DNA of 60,613 bases, counting the filler, from Platydemus manokwari (Eukaryota), in the NCBI GenBank assembly GCA_037951405.1. It is 5 parts of 5 records of this genome, joined end to end, with 100 filler letters (N's around TTAATTAATTAA, not from the genome) between each part and the next. Parts side by side here need not be neighbours in the genome. Positions count along the whole stretch, not along the records: positions 13,352 to 23,820 come from JBBMOY011131441.1; positions 23,921 to 35,062 come from JBBMOY010881088.1; 3 more parts are not named here. The stretch is one strand, 5' to 3'. Position 1 is the first letter of the stretch. Every line of letters starts with the position of its first letter. Positions 15,374 to 28,800 of this stretch are shown piece by piece. The notes below the pieces were generated by a model. That model was not told where the DNA came from and did no database searches. It was given only the letters and a program-made list of their open reading frames with translations. Position numbers and translations under genes: made by a program.

Positions 15374-15599
15374 CTGTAAAATTCCGAGTATAAGCTGCAG
15401 CGCGTATTAGCTGCAGATGACATTTTTATAAAAAAGCATTGAGGTTTTGAGGAGTGTGATGTTGAAAATTGAAATAAATAATCTTATTTTCGATTTGAAT
15501 TGTTTTTTAGTTGTATAAGCTGCACATCATATTAGCTGCAATTCAAAAATGTTGCCGTTATGTACGTATTAGCTGCAGCTTATACTCGGGATTTTACAG
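15374..15599. mobile_element. MITE, Tc1/mariner-pogo type (TA target-site duplication)
   Basis: About 27-bp TIRs (CTGTAAAATTCCGAGTATAAGCTGCAG / CTGCAGCTTATACTCGGGATTTTACAG) flanked by TA on both sides, with internal TA(T/A)AGCTGCA subrepeats and no coding capacity. Confidence 0.85.
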
Positions 15600-16341
15600 T
15601 ATTAAATTTTGCTGGTGGTCCATTTATACAAAATATTTGAAAGTTAAATCCAAGGCTAATATGATACGAAATAACATATTCGTTATCGGTTTTTTCGCGT
15701 CTAAATTATATTTATAGGCGAGAATGGTCAAACAGTTATATTATTTTTAATTAAACATCAAAAGATTTAATACTGATTTTTTTGTCTGAAATATCGATTT
15801 TATCATCTTCAATGATCATTGAACTGAACAAATATATTGAAATTAATAATGAAATTTTATGAATTTTCTATCATTTATCTTGAAATTAATTAGGCAAAAA
15901 ATAATTCAAATAAAAATGTTTCAATAAAAATCAAATCAATAAATAAGTAAAATTATAATTGAAATAGAAAATTTTTTATTAGATCATCTGTTGATATAAA
16001 ATATTTATTCTTTTCCAATCACTCACACATTGTAAAAGCATTCTCTAAACAGAGGTTTTATTTTTAATTTCAGTAACCAATTTCGAATTCAATGAATTGC
16101 ACTTGAAAGCGGATTACTATTGGATAATAAATTTGAATCAATATTGCATTTTACTATTGTCTTATTTGATTTGTTATAGATTAACATTTTTCCTAATATC
16201 AATAATAAGATGTAAAAATTCAATATTGTCAACAATAATGTTCGATTTATCGATGAAATATGCGAAATAATGACATAAACATCAGTTCAGTAAGTGATTT
16301 TAAAGAAATATTACTTAAATATTGAAAACTTATAAGCTCAC

Positions 16342-19300
16342 TTCTTGGGAAGTGAATTCCGACTCAGATATGCCTTTTTCTAAGGACTGCCAGCTACGAC
16401 CTGAAACCATACAAGCTAGTAGTCGATGGAGATTTTCTTTACATCCCAAAGCCAATGCTTCTTGAGCTATTCCTTTTTCATTCTTATTAATGATATGCAA
16501 CCACAAAAGCGAATAATGTGATAAGAAGTCGTCAGTCAGATTCTGATAATAAAGATTATTTTATTAAGTACGAGTTCCACGCAATTAAATCAATTTGATA
16601 AGTTCCATTCATATTAATAAATAACGGGTCTTCATAAAAATTATTATTTTATCATGGATGTGTTGACACGAAAATATTTGTCTCATTAATTCGATAAATA
16701 AAGGGATAAAAATTGTAACCACGGTAATAATAAAATTAAAAGGAACAAAATATAAAAGCAACTGTGACAATTACTAGAGCCTGTTTATTGCACTAATGAA
16801 TATCTAACATGTAGTTCACCGATATATCGATTTCGTAATCCTCTTTTTAATTACAAATAGAACAGACGAATAGAATCTAAAATACACCATCATCGATAAA
16901 TTGGAATCCACAACCATTCACCAACACTCTGCCGTAAGAACCTGATCAATATCATTATTTTCATACCAATATATGGTTCACCACAACATATGATTCGATT
17001 TAGTATAAAATCTTTTCGAGAAAACATATATGGGTATTTGTGGACACTGGAAAGAATCGATGAGAGGAGAAAAATATATTATAAACCAGATTAGCATATA
17101 GATATCAATCACACCCATGAGTAAACAGAAGGAAGAAACAATAGAAAAGTGATTCAGAATCAATGAATTTTAAAATACGGTGCACCAAAAGAAATACATG
17201 TAGATTGTTGTAAATGTTTTGAATAACAAAGAATCAATGAGATTGCTTTTAGAATGGGAACAGATATAATATTTTCCAATCCATATAATCACAATACGAA
17301 TAGATTAACTGAACGACAATTTAGAACGACAAGAGACTATATAAAGGCGACAGTAAAAGATAGGCAACTCACAAACTAGATTTAATTATTACCAGAAATC
17401 GAATACACATTGAATGCTACGGTGCAAAAACGATGGACGTTTGTCCAACAGAAGTTATATTTGGGTGGAAAATAGACAGATCACAATGGTATACAGCAGT
17501 AGAATAGATAGAGAAAAAATTAAACGAAACATTGAGGAAAAACAAAAGAGAGAAATGGTGGAAATAACAAAACGCAAATTTAAGATAGGTGACAAAGTAC
17601 GAAATAAAGACCATACCAAGTGATTGGAAAGAACCATGAAAGAAGTTATCAATTACATGATAAAAACGGTACAGCGATAAGAAGGAATGTGGAGAAAATT
17701 AAAATTTTTAAAATGTGAGGGAAATTAAAAAAAAACTAATAATAATTTAAAATAATAATTTTAATATAAAAAATTTAATAATAAGTTTCAAAATAAGAAA
17801 TAATATTTTGAAATTTTGATAAATTATTTAATATAAAGTAATTATTAAATAATTTAAATATTTTTATCTGCAGCTGATAAGTGAGTAAAATTGATAGCTA
17901 AAGCTCTCTAGAAAAAGATTTTTAAAAAGGATTTAAATTTGTTTGTATTAAATAAAGTTAAGAAAATCGTAATAATGACTTCTGTTGTTGAATCCCCGAG
18001 TGAAGTAGCTACTACTAACAATAAATAGGTAAATTTCAAAATAAAAATAGGAAAAAACCCCACTCTGTAATCAATCTAAATGCCCCATCACGATAAAGAA
18101 AACAGTTCTTCATATTTCACGTTGGATTCAAAAGTCATATTTTTAACGCACAAATAATATATTTCTATATTATATCTTTTTCAAACAAATATTCTACTAT
18201 TTTCAATATTCTTTAAAATTTAAAATTACAATTTAAAATTTTAATTTCAAATTTAAAAAATATTTTTTTAACATATTATTTTTTAAAATCAATTTGAGAG
18301 AGTACAGTAATGGTGTGAGCAATACGATTTTATAAATACAAATAAATATTTTTATGTAATCATTTAAAAATATTTTCAAATTATTTAATCGTAATCTTAT
18401 TTGAATTATAAACCTCACATAAATTATCGCAACCAGGATTTCATCAAAATTCAATGAGTTCAATTTCACTTGTGATGGTGTTTTGTTCATTTCTTTAATT
18501 ATTTAGTGTAATCTAACGATTCGAATGTTTAATAGATCCATTTAAGTGTTATTCTTGATGGATATTATAACAAAAAATATTAACAATGAACACCGACAAC
18601 CTGATACAGTCCATGATCGAGTAAAATAATTTCACACGGCCTCGTCTGATAATGCCATATCATAGAAAGAAAACGACTGATCCAATTTATCGTTTGTTTT
18701 TCTGCGGGCCTTATCAAAATATTGCCCGGATGAGGATCACTATGGAAAAATCCCTGGGAAAAGATCATTTCTGAATAAAGTTTACAGAGATTTTGAGAAA
18801 CCTGTAAAAATACTTCCATTGGATGCGGGGGTAGAATTTCAAATAGAAAAATACTTCTTTTGGTGAAATTTGGTTTGCATGGATATAGTTGAGATCGGTG
18901 ACCTTGCCACCTTCACAATATTCCATGATGAGCAATTTTTCTGTAGAATAATTCCAAAATATTTTCGGAATCTTGAATAAAATACCAATCAATCAATTTT
19001 TTGGAGAATAAAATTAAAAAATCGATTTTTTCCAATATTTTTTATTTAATAAAATGAGTAAAATAATGTTTGGAAGTAAAATTAAACGAAGATTATTTAA
19101 TTATAAGATGGTTCTAAGAACGAAAGGCTGTTAAAGGATTTGCTATTATGACTACTTGGTGCTTATTGTCAGCTATGTCCTTCAAATTACATCATGGCCT
19201 GGTTGTGAAATACTGCCCACTTTAAACATCTGATTTGCCAGAGTTTATTTTATCTCAACATTTCTTAACTACCTCAGAATTTTTATTATAATCAAATCAT

Positions 19301-22300
19301 TACATTTGTAAGGATTATGAGGATTTGCAAATTGAATGGACAACAATCGCCACTGATATTCCAGTATTAAATCAGTTATGTAGTTCTTTGTACTCATAAG
19401 TGTCAGCTAAAACCTCGAATCCACCATGGTAATTTTGCTATCATTAACCATTTTTGCGTGGAGACCCACTGTAATTCCATTTTTTGGCCATTATCGTCAC
19501 ACATTCCTTAATTTCTACTCCTACTTTAACATTTCCTTTTAATATTATACTATACATTTATTATAATGCCTCTCTGAATCAGATTCCTAAACAGATCAGT
19601 AATAAAAAAGATGAATGTCACAATTCGATCAATATTTCTGGTCGGGTAAATTACTATTTATTGAAATATCGCGTCTCAAATTATTTGTTATAATCAAATA
19701 TTAAAATATACCTTAACAAATGTTAATTTATTTGCCAGTCTATTCCTAATATTATCTGCATTTTCACCTTCCATTATGAAATTCAATTCTTTTGGTAGAT
19801 TTTTCCGAGTTTCCTCTGCCAACCATTCCAATTTCATTTGAGGAAATATTTTGCTAACCAATGAAAAAAGTATATCCATACACATTAGATCTGATGACGA
19901 GTGATCTTTGACTTCTCTATGTTGTACCTGGTTTAGTAATAAATGAAGCTAAACTATCGATGAGTACTTTGGAATGACAGACGTACTTTTATAGCAACCT
20001 CAATATTAGAGTCTCTCAATCTGCCATAATGGACTTGTGCTAACGAAGCTGTACCGAGGGGGATTGGAGATATTTCGGAGAAAATGTCTGAAGGCTGATA
20101 AGAATTAATTTAAAATATAGATCCAATAATGGTGAAACATATGGAAAATTAATTCACTTAATTAAAATCACTTTTGGTGTAACCATATAATAACACTCAT
20201 ATATCAGAAATAAGGGCAAGATAGATATTTGTTGAATTCGAATAATTAAATATCTTTGAGAACGATATGCTGATGAAACATCGAAATATAATACCAATGC
20301 AGAACATGAGGGCTAATAAAAAAATGTAATAATATGATAATGATTTCGTATTTTTAAGTGAGTCAATATTTCACCTATCTCCAATGATAGTTACAATATT
20401 AATCACATAAATTGGGAAAAATAACAAAACAATAAAAAGGACATTAATAATAATCACAACAATATCCAACAGGCACACAATTATAAATAATAATTATATT
20501 ACCTTACAATAGTATAGTAAAATTAATATCAATATTAAGAAATCAATTAACATACGATTTGATTTCCAATTTTATTTATAATATACGACTCATTTTTAGA
20601 TTTTTGTAAATTTAATCTTTCCTAAAAATATTAATATCAATAGTGGTATCAGTAATAACAGTATCTATGATTTTGCAAAAAAAAACAGATTTGCACCTTG
20701 GAACCCTTGTTTTGGCACTTTAAATATTTCCATGACTACACAACCATGCAGGCATAGCAACTAGCCAATCACAGTAAAGTTAGATGGTAAACGACAATTG
20801 GAAAATGGGACATTGCCAGACAACAACGCACACATAGGGATTGACCAATCCCACTTATACAAAAACTAGGAAATATGGAAGCGGCAAAATACAATCAAAA
20901 TATGATACAAACATAACTCAAAAATTACACACAGACCAGAATCATAAATATCGATGTAAAGATGGCCAACTGCCAATTGGAAGTCAGGTTGTGGTTACGT
21001 TTTTGAGTAGTAGGAGTATTAGTTGTGAATCAAGTTTTATTACATTTATGTTATTTTGTGTTATTTTTCAGTAATTATTCAGTTGTTCAGAAGTAGATCC
21101 CAACAATGGTCTATCATAAAAAATATACATTTATCGATTTGTTTCAATTATTTTTGGATATTATGAAGATCAATACATTTGGAATTATACATTTCTATTT
21201 TATAAAATTAACATTCTACCACAACTTCAATGAAATCAATATATCATCAAATTAAAAACCAGGGAAACTTAACCGAAAAATCTTGCATTTAAAAATGAAA
21301 CTTATGAAAAGACAGAGGGCTTGTTCAACAACTGAGAACTTTGTTGATGTCAAATTATATGCAAATAAATATAATAACAGAGACTCAAAATATTGTGAAT
21401 TTGTTTAAATTAATTGATATAAACAAAATATTATTGCTTTTTATATAACGCTATCAGTGAGTAGTAATGATTTTAATGATAAGTAACAAACTAATCAATA
21501 AATATGGGGAATTAATTTGATGTCAAGAATTATTAACAAATAAAGGAGATAGGAGTCAAATGGCAAAATCAGAGAATGAAGTATAATTAACACACAGTTC
21601 AATGGTTCATATAAAAGGAAATGCCAACTCGATCATTTTGCACAATTTTCCGATAATCAAAGAAGTAGGTGATATTTTCATCAATTACTGACGCTGAAAT
21701 CAATGCAGAACGCCAACAAATTCAATTGCGAAAACAAATTTCGGTAAAATCTTAAGATATATCAATGAACATATCGACCGCAATATCTGAGTGTTGTGCT
21801 GTCATTCTAAATCATTTGACAGAAATTATTAGATATCTGTTGCCAAGTAATCTAGCGTTAATCGCAGATTCAATCCGGGTCTTCAGTTATAATTTTAATA
21901 TTGTTTTAGAAGAGTGCATTAAGCAATAATGTCGACTGGCGCTGTTGGTAATTTCTATTTATCCATGGAATCATACTTTCGACCATGTCTATGATTAATA
22001 TTTTAGATTAATATATTTGGACAGAAATCATATTCCGATATCCTCAGTTGGGTCATAAATTATGTTTGTGCGAATTCACAATCCTCTTATTGACAGTAAA
22101 GGGGAACACTGGGAAAACGCAGTCCCGTGAATATTTGGATTATATACATTTAGTTTTATTCCTAATTAAATTGCTAATATTAGTCTTCATGCTATACCAG
22201 AAACCCCGATGGGAATATACGAGCAAATGAGATATGCATTTATTCATATTGTTTTTATAAAGAAAAAAATAAAATCCTAGCTCTTGGTAATTTTCAAATT

Positions 22301-23340
22301 ATGACGTATTTAATTTTATAAAATAATTTCAATCACGTCCTCACGTTAAAATAAGGTTTCATCACTAATTTTATGAAAATACAATTTGACTTTATTATTA
22401 AATAATAAATATTAGAACATTTTAAGCTTTATTTTATTTAATTTTTGATTTCAAACAACTAAAATTCCAAAGTATTAATGATTAATATAAACAAACTATG
22501 TATGTTTTTTACAATTTATTGAACAAACGACCCCATTGTACAACAATGGCTGACAAAAACTTTGAAAAATAAGCCTGATAAAACACGATTAGAAATAAGC
22601 AGAAATAGATGAAAAATATTCAGCACAATTTTTTTGTATGAATGATATCAAAACCTCCATAATAAATACAACTATTGTAACAATCATGAACTAATTTTCC
22701 TAAATCAAACATTTACTCTTAAAATTAATTTTTTTTATAAATTAAAATAATTATAATTATTTTTTTATTTATATATTTATTATTTTTGCTTATTGAGACA
22801 TAAAATCATGATTATTAAAAATATTTATTAATATTTCTAAAATTCGAACCTCATAACCAATTTCCTCTTTAATTATTTGATAAACATTCCCAAATGATTC
22901 GTTTGGAACATCATCATGAAGTATTGATAAAGTGCTCACATATTCTTCAGGAAGCAAATAAGTAAGACTACCTAAATGTTGACCTAGTTTTATAAAACAT
23001 CCACCATTGGAAATGGATAAACTTAATAATTTTTCTGCTGCACGTTTATGAACCTGAATGACAAAAGTCATGACAAGAACAATAATGCTAAACTTTACAT
23101 TGGACAATAATATGTCGTAGTTAACATCGTTTTTATCTGTTGTGTAATAAAATATTTTATAATCTTTAGTCATTGAAGTAACCTAAACATAACAAATTAC
23201 ATAATAACATTATAAAGTTTTACCGTGAAGGCTGCTCTACCTAATCTGAATAAAACGTTACCTTTAAAATTGCTTGAATGTTGACAAATTGTGTAAAATG
23301 AACCAAGTGTGCAAATTCCCACAACACATACTTTTAGCAT
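16342..23340 (-). CDS. ADCK1: AarF/ABC1-domain kinase 1 (UbiB family), 3' end not located
   Basis: Exons 23340-23224, 23182-23099, 23053-22850, 20094-19987, 19927-19712, 18971-18855, 18801-18601 and 16542-16342. Motifs: NGGCFIKLGQ, PLGTASLAQVH, VAIKVQH, LPKELNFIMEGENA, HSDPHPGN, LLDHGLY and LACMVSGRSW. Confidence 0.92.
16960..17725 (+). mobile_element. Degenerate Ty3/gypsy integrase remnant inside an ADCK1 intron
   Basis: Broken frames read FEKT..GICGHWKESMRGEKYI, ILKYGAPKEIHVDC, FSNPYNHNTNRLTERQFRT, LLPEIEYTLNATVQK and KFKIGDKV, i.e. the rve core and its C-terminal region. There are many stops and frameshifts. Confidence 0.75.
20690..21010 (+). repeat. Longest copy of unclassified dispersed repeat family A (in an ADCK1 intron)
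   Basis: The 5' part matches the reverse complement of about 35240-35410 (accttg.aacccttgtttt.gca, ataggattgac.aatc). The 3' part matches the copies at 10170 and 13352. Confidence 0.65.
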
Positions 23341-23820
23341 TAATATGAAATAATTTTTATTTTAGTAATATTTAAACAAGTACATTTGTTCAATTGCAAA
23401 ATTAATAAAAGAATTTTAAGTATAATAAACAATACCTCTAAATAATAAGATCTCAAATTAATTTGTATTTATAGTTTAATTTTTTAAAAAATTCATACAA
23501 ATTAAAGTAAATATTCACTTTTCTTAAATTTGTTAAAAATAATGCATGAACTTTGCTTGTCTTGTGTTATTAATTAAAGTGAACATTAAAAAAATTCTTT
23601 TATAGCACAGCTTAATACAATCTTTCAATGATCTAACATTAATAAACTTCAATATAATTGAATAGAAACACTTGATGAAAATTAATATTAATTTCTCAAA
23701 TAGAAACACTAAAATAGTTAATGATAGTTATATTGAAAAACAAAGAAACCATACTAAATTATAATTCAATATAATTCATCTGACAAATGCAAATACAGAA
23801 AAAGGTTAGACAATAATCAC

Positions 23821-23920
23821 NNNNNNNNNNNNNNNNNNNNNNNNNNNNNNNNNNNNNNNNNNNNTTAATTAATTAANNNNNNNNNNNNNNNNNNNNNNNN
23901 NNNNNNNNNNNNNNNNNNNN
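23821..23920. other. Assembly spacer N44-TTAATTAATTAA-N44
   Basis: Direct reading. Confidence 0.97.
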
Positions 23921-24159
23921 TTTTTTCTAACTGTTTTTGTGCATTAAAGTAACTCAATACATTTAGTTTGTTCTTACTGCTGTTTTATTTTAGTTTTAGA
24001 GACTTATGAATGGCACCGTATATATAATTAATATCTCATTTGATTAGATAATTATCTGAGAGATTATAAATGGATTTATTAATGAACCCCTTAATAATCA
24101 TTTTTTTATTATGATCAAGACCATTTTAATATAACAAATTTTATTTCTTAATACTTAGT

Positions 24160-24930
24160 GAAAGTACGTTTTCTGGATCTACCAATTTTGATAAGCAAAT
24201 ATAAAACCAATTCCAACTCAATATAAATATATTTCTGACGCCACAATCTTATTCCAAGAATAATCCCCACGTAACCGGGATGTAGATCTTCATTACAAAC
24301 ATATCTGAATACTCTTAATTAAAATTATTTGATGTCACCGAATACGGTTTTGCAGTATTGTTAATACATTATATTGGACTTAATGCAGGAAATCTCATTT
24401 CTCAGGAATATAATACTAGGAATGTGAGCAGCAGTTGCATTGCTTTACACAACAAAATATTATATTTTTCATTTCGATTCCAAGAAAATGAATTAGGATT
24501 TGATTCAGGAATTCTTTTCCAAATGCAACATCAGATAACAATTCTATCATTTTGTCATATTCAATAAATCGAGATCCAAATTCATTGATTGGTTTATCAA
24601 TAAATAGTATCTGCAATCTCCAAAAACTCGTCAAGAGAAGACATCTAAAACAATATAAAACATATTAATTAACCATCACTGTGATCAGAAATCATTGAAA
24701 ATATCTCAAACTAATATTTTGTGAATATAAAACTCAAATAATCGATAATGATTTTACAATGAAAACATTATCAAATTGCCATATCTCACGAATGAACGAT
24801 TATCAAATCTTGTTAATATTTTTCGTGAATATCAATTTGGTAACGATTATGGATTTATTATTAATCAATAAAATATAAAATAATCAATATTTACACTTAC
24901 TTCAAAATGACGAACCATTATCCATTTGAC
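24160..24930 (-). CDS. Probable exon fragments of an unidentified gene downstream of the TOPORS-like gene
   Basis: An acceptor (tgttttag) near 24645 opens CLLLTSFWRLQILFIDKPINEFGSRFIEYDKMIELLSDVAFGKEFLNQILIHFLG. There is a GTAAGT donor near 24900 and another open stretch (VFRYVCNEDLHPGYVGIILG) near 24310-24230. The model is not resolved. Confidence 0.35.
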
Positions 24931-25185
24931 AGAAATCGACACAAATATTAAAAAAAACATATTTTTGAACAGAAAACCTCATATTTTTGTTCGCAAAAAA
25001 CTGAAATTTTTCCGTCTTAACAATCAGGCAGAAAAATGGCCAACAAAACCCTGACCAAACCAATAACAAGACGAAGTCAATCAATTCAATTGTATTTCTT
25101 ATATTGATGTTTTAGTTTTTTTAAAATTTTTTTCGTTCATCTTAAACAGAAAAGAAACTGATAAAATTATGTACAATCACAATTA

Positions 25186-26947
25186 TTATTTATCGTGAAC
25201 ATTTTTCGACATCAAATAATCGTAAAAATCATTAACAGAACGCGGCTGATAGATAAAACTGGTATCGGTATCTTCACCAGACGGACAATCGATATGTTCC
25301 AATGAATTATCTGATGAATCACTGTCGACCGAGAGAGGTCGATTCTCATTGGTCGATGACGGAATTGGAATCGTAGAAGTTGTTGGTTCATCCTTGGTAG
25401 ACGATTGATAGATTTCAAGAATGTCATTCAAATCATCGATCGGATCCGTTGGATCAGCAATGGAATTTGAAATTTTCTGTTGTTTTGCGGGAATGATTTG
25501 TGAAAAATCGTCAATCGGAACAACTGCCGAGCTGTCGTCGTCACTGTCAACGGATTCTGTCAAATCAAACACGGGTCGATTGATGGAAACGATTTCCAAC
25601 GCATCATCATCGGAATCGCTGAGTTCAATGTAAATACTCGGACAAATATCTGATTCATCGACATCGGGCTCGGAATTGTCAACGATTAACGGTTCAAAGA
25701 AAATGAGTTGCTTGTCGAATTTGCATAATGTTTGAGCGAAATGATCCAATTCTTCTTCACGAAAACAATGTCTGAGGAGATCGCACGAGGAAATGGTGAT
25801 GTGAGACATGTTCAAGTCGACTTTAATCAGACAGGTTGGGGAATAAAAACTGGTGCTCAAAAGAAAATAATACGATGCCAATGCCAAATGGGAAAGAAGT
25901 TTTTCATAGGAGCAAATATAATCCAATAATGCAAATATATTATCGATGTTAGTGATCTGATAGGCCGCAACGATCTTATTTTGAGTATCGAAATTGATTG
26001 TTGTGATTGTTCGAGTTATCATTGCAGACACAGTGCTATCATCAATCAACATATCATTAGAATAGACGATATGCTCATGATCTCCGGGAACATAATATTC
26101 CAAATACAGTGACTGATCACGTTTCAGTTGTAAAGTGGTTTTTATCTCCAATTCTAATATTGAATATCGTATTGGATCGACATGATTCTGTAAGACATTC
26201 AGTACTTGGCTGCATGTCGACAAGTTTTTCTCACTGATTTCTCTCAATATTTTAGACAAATGATTGTGTGTAAATAAAAATAAAAGACGATCTCGTATGA
26301 TTTTTTCAACGATTTCACTGTACGGTTCATCATCAGAAATTTCGAATGGTGTTATCGTAGTGGTTGAACTATAATAATAGATTTATGATTTTTTTATGAA
26401 TAAATGACCAAATAAATGAATATAAATGCTAATAATTAAATTATTGTACTATACCTGGATTTTATTCGATATAATAAATCTCCAAAATAGACTAAATAAA
26501 TTAAAATATTGCTATCGAAGAAAAGTCTTTTTCCGTAAATATACGTCCGTATAGTATCATATCTAAACAATATACATCAAATGTATAATTATAGATAATT
26601 ACAAAAGCAACTTACATTTTATATAAAATATTTTCGAAGTTATCTAAAATGTTTCTAGTTTTTTTCCTCAACAACCAAGCATTGTTAAAACCCTTTGGGA
26701 AATTAATTTTCGAATATTTTGAGGGAGTTTGAATATTGTAAATAATTATTTTTACACTTTGCTTGCACAAAGGACATAAACTACATGATGATTCTGTTAA
26801 CCATTTTCCAATACATTCCAAACAAAATTCGTGCATACAAGGTGAAGTTACTGAACGGCTTTCAACAGACATTTCTTCCATACATACAGGACATTCAGAT
26901 CTTTCATATTTGAAAATTGATTTAGTATTCGTAATTTTTCGCTTCAT
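25186..26947 (-). CDS. RING-finger (C3HC4) E3 ligase, TOPORS-like
   Basis: Exons 26947-26616, 26562-26455 and 26368-25186 join in frame. The N-terminal RING CPVC..PCMHEFCLECIGKW..CPLCKQ is followed by IIYNI, an RxxIY segment, a 'ELDHFAQTLCKF' segment like the TOPORS 'TEHFIHEF', and SIM-like hydrophobic/acidic motifs (YIELSDSDDD, VFDLTESVDSD). Confidence 0.75.
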
Positions 26948-27146
26948 TAACTTAATAAGATAAAATAATCTTAATTCAAAATTATTGCGCAAAATTTAAA
27001 CAATTTCTATTAAATATTATTTAAACAAAGTTTATTATTAAACATATCAACAAAATAATTTAACAATAAATAACAATCATTTTACAACAAGATAAATATA
27101 TATTTTTGTAAAACTTTCAAGTGAGAAAATGAAATAACAAATGAAA

Positions 27147-28800
27147 TCAATAGTTTTCAGCCCACGGATGTTCTTCAAGAAAAGTATTAACAACTTCTTT
27201 CATGGAAACATTTGGAATTAATTTATCTTCATTCAACGGTTGCCTAGTGATCGGATCGAAATGACCAACCTTGTGTAAATGTTCGACAATTGCTTGTCTG
27301 TCATAGGTGATACCACTCGGTGATACGACAGGATCACGCATTATTTCGAAACTAATACGTCCACACAAATAATCAGGAACCTCTTGTTTGGAACGACGCT
27401 CTTGAATCTATCGAATGAGAACAATTTAAACATTATTTCAAAATTCATTCAATTTAAAAGTATATTTTTAGATTCTTGGATTAAAATCAATCACATGATT
27501 ACATGGTTAGATAATGATTTTGTTAAAAGTTGAAATGTCTTAATGATATGCATTTAATATCGTAATTGTTAGTTAGCTGAATAAAAATGCTCAATATTAT
27601 GTTTTATAATCAATAATCGTTTGGATCGCTTCTATAATAATAGCCGGTATCAAGTGAAATTTCACAAGGTCTATCCCATATTTCAAGGTTCAAATGATGT
27701 CTGAAAAATCCTATTCACCAACGATATAATTTTTAAGATTAATTGCTCCGCATATCACCTAATCCAAGCAAAATATTCCTCCGAAATGATTCTACTTTTC
27801 TAAAAATTGCAAAAATATGAATATAAATAATCAAAACAAGTCATTAAATGATCACAATCGAACCAACGAGTCACTGATTGAACAAAGCTTATTCATTTTT
27901 AAAATAATAAAACAATTAATAACAAAATCGATAACTTTTCTCATGAAATAATAAATCAATAAACAAATCAAACATATTTTTATATTTTTCTTTAATATAA
28001 ATTATATATAAAATTACGTAATAAACAAAAGATAATAAAAAAAAACCCAAATATTATTGATAGGGGATACCTTGTGAAATAATTCCTGAACTTGTGAAAG
28101 TCGTCGTTGGCACTCGACATCGACATAATCGTCATTAATCGTTTTGATATCACCATCGAGATTTTCATGAGTGGATTCGTATTTGATTTTGAAACTTTGC
28201 TTAATGAGATTTTCCAAATAATCCTGCAAATGAATCGAAATTGAAATATACAAAATCCATCATTGGGAAAAAACAATTATCGAACTTGCAATTCAGATTC
28301 CTGTTCGGATTTCTTTAATTCAAACTTTTCAAACCGCAACCGTTTTGCCAATCGAATTGCTGTTGTAATGTCGTCACCGAAATTTTTGTGTTGTTCTAAA
28401 GATATATCATGAGCTCTCAACAAACGAATCAGAGCTTCATCATAATTTCCTAATTCAATATACGCTTGACCCATATAAAAATAAGCTTTGATATTCATGG
28501 AATCGAATTCCAAAGCTTGTCTGAAATTAAACCTAAAGTAAATGCGGAAATAATAAATTAAATTTGCTACTTGCAGTCGCTAATACACTTATTAAAATCT
28601 TGTAACTTTAAATAGCACAAAGCTCTATTTGTATAATATATAGAAACATTTGGTAATTTCTGAATGGCATTTGAGTAACACGAAATAGCTTTTTGAAAAT
28701 GTGATGATTCAAAATATCTGTTACCATATTCCTTTAGCTCTGCATGGCCTAATCCATCTACTGAACCAGATTTATAATTTACGCATTTTGCACTATCCAT
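27147..28800 (-). CDS. STUB1: STIP1 homology and U-box protein 1 (CHIP) E3 ligase
   Basis: Exons 28800-28571, 28520-28286, 28223-28071 and 27407-27147. TPR motifs ([21 protein letters not shown]), NFGDDI and the U-box [28 protein letters not shown]...VGHFDPITR. Confidence 0.96.

Noticed and set aside
20268-20300. CTGATGA-aacatc-GAAA hammerhead-core-like motif
   Set aside because: I could not form convincing stems I-III or an NUH cleavage site, and the motif is expected by chance.
25212-25929. Alternative-frame and antisense ORFs over the TOPORS-like exon (likewise over the bZIP, PDE4 and WDR86 exons)
   Set aside because: These are shadow ORFs of real coding exons with no independent motifs.
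28014-28021. Perfect PAR-bZIP site TTACGTAA in a STUB1 intron (another near 56538)
   Set aside because: An AT-rich 8-mer is expected by chance, and it lies on a different contig from the bZIP genes.
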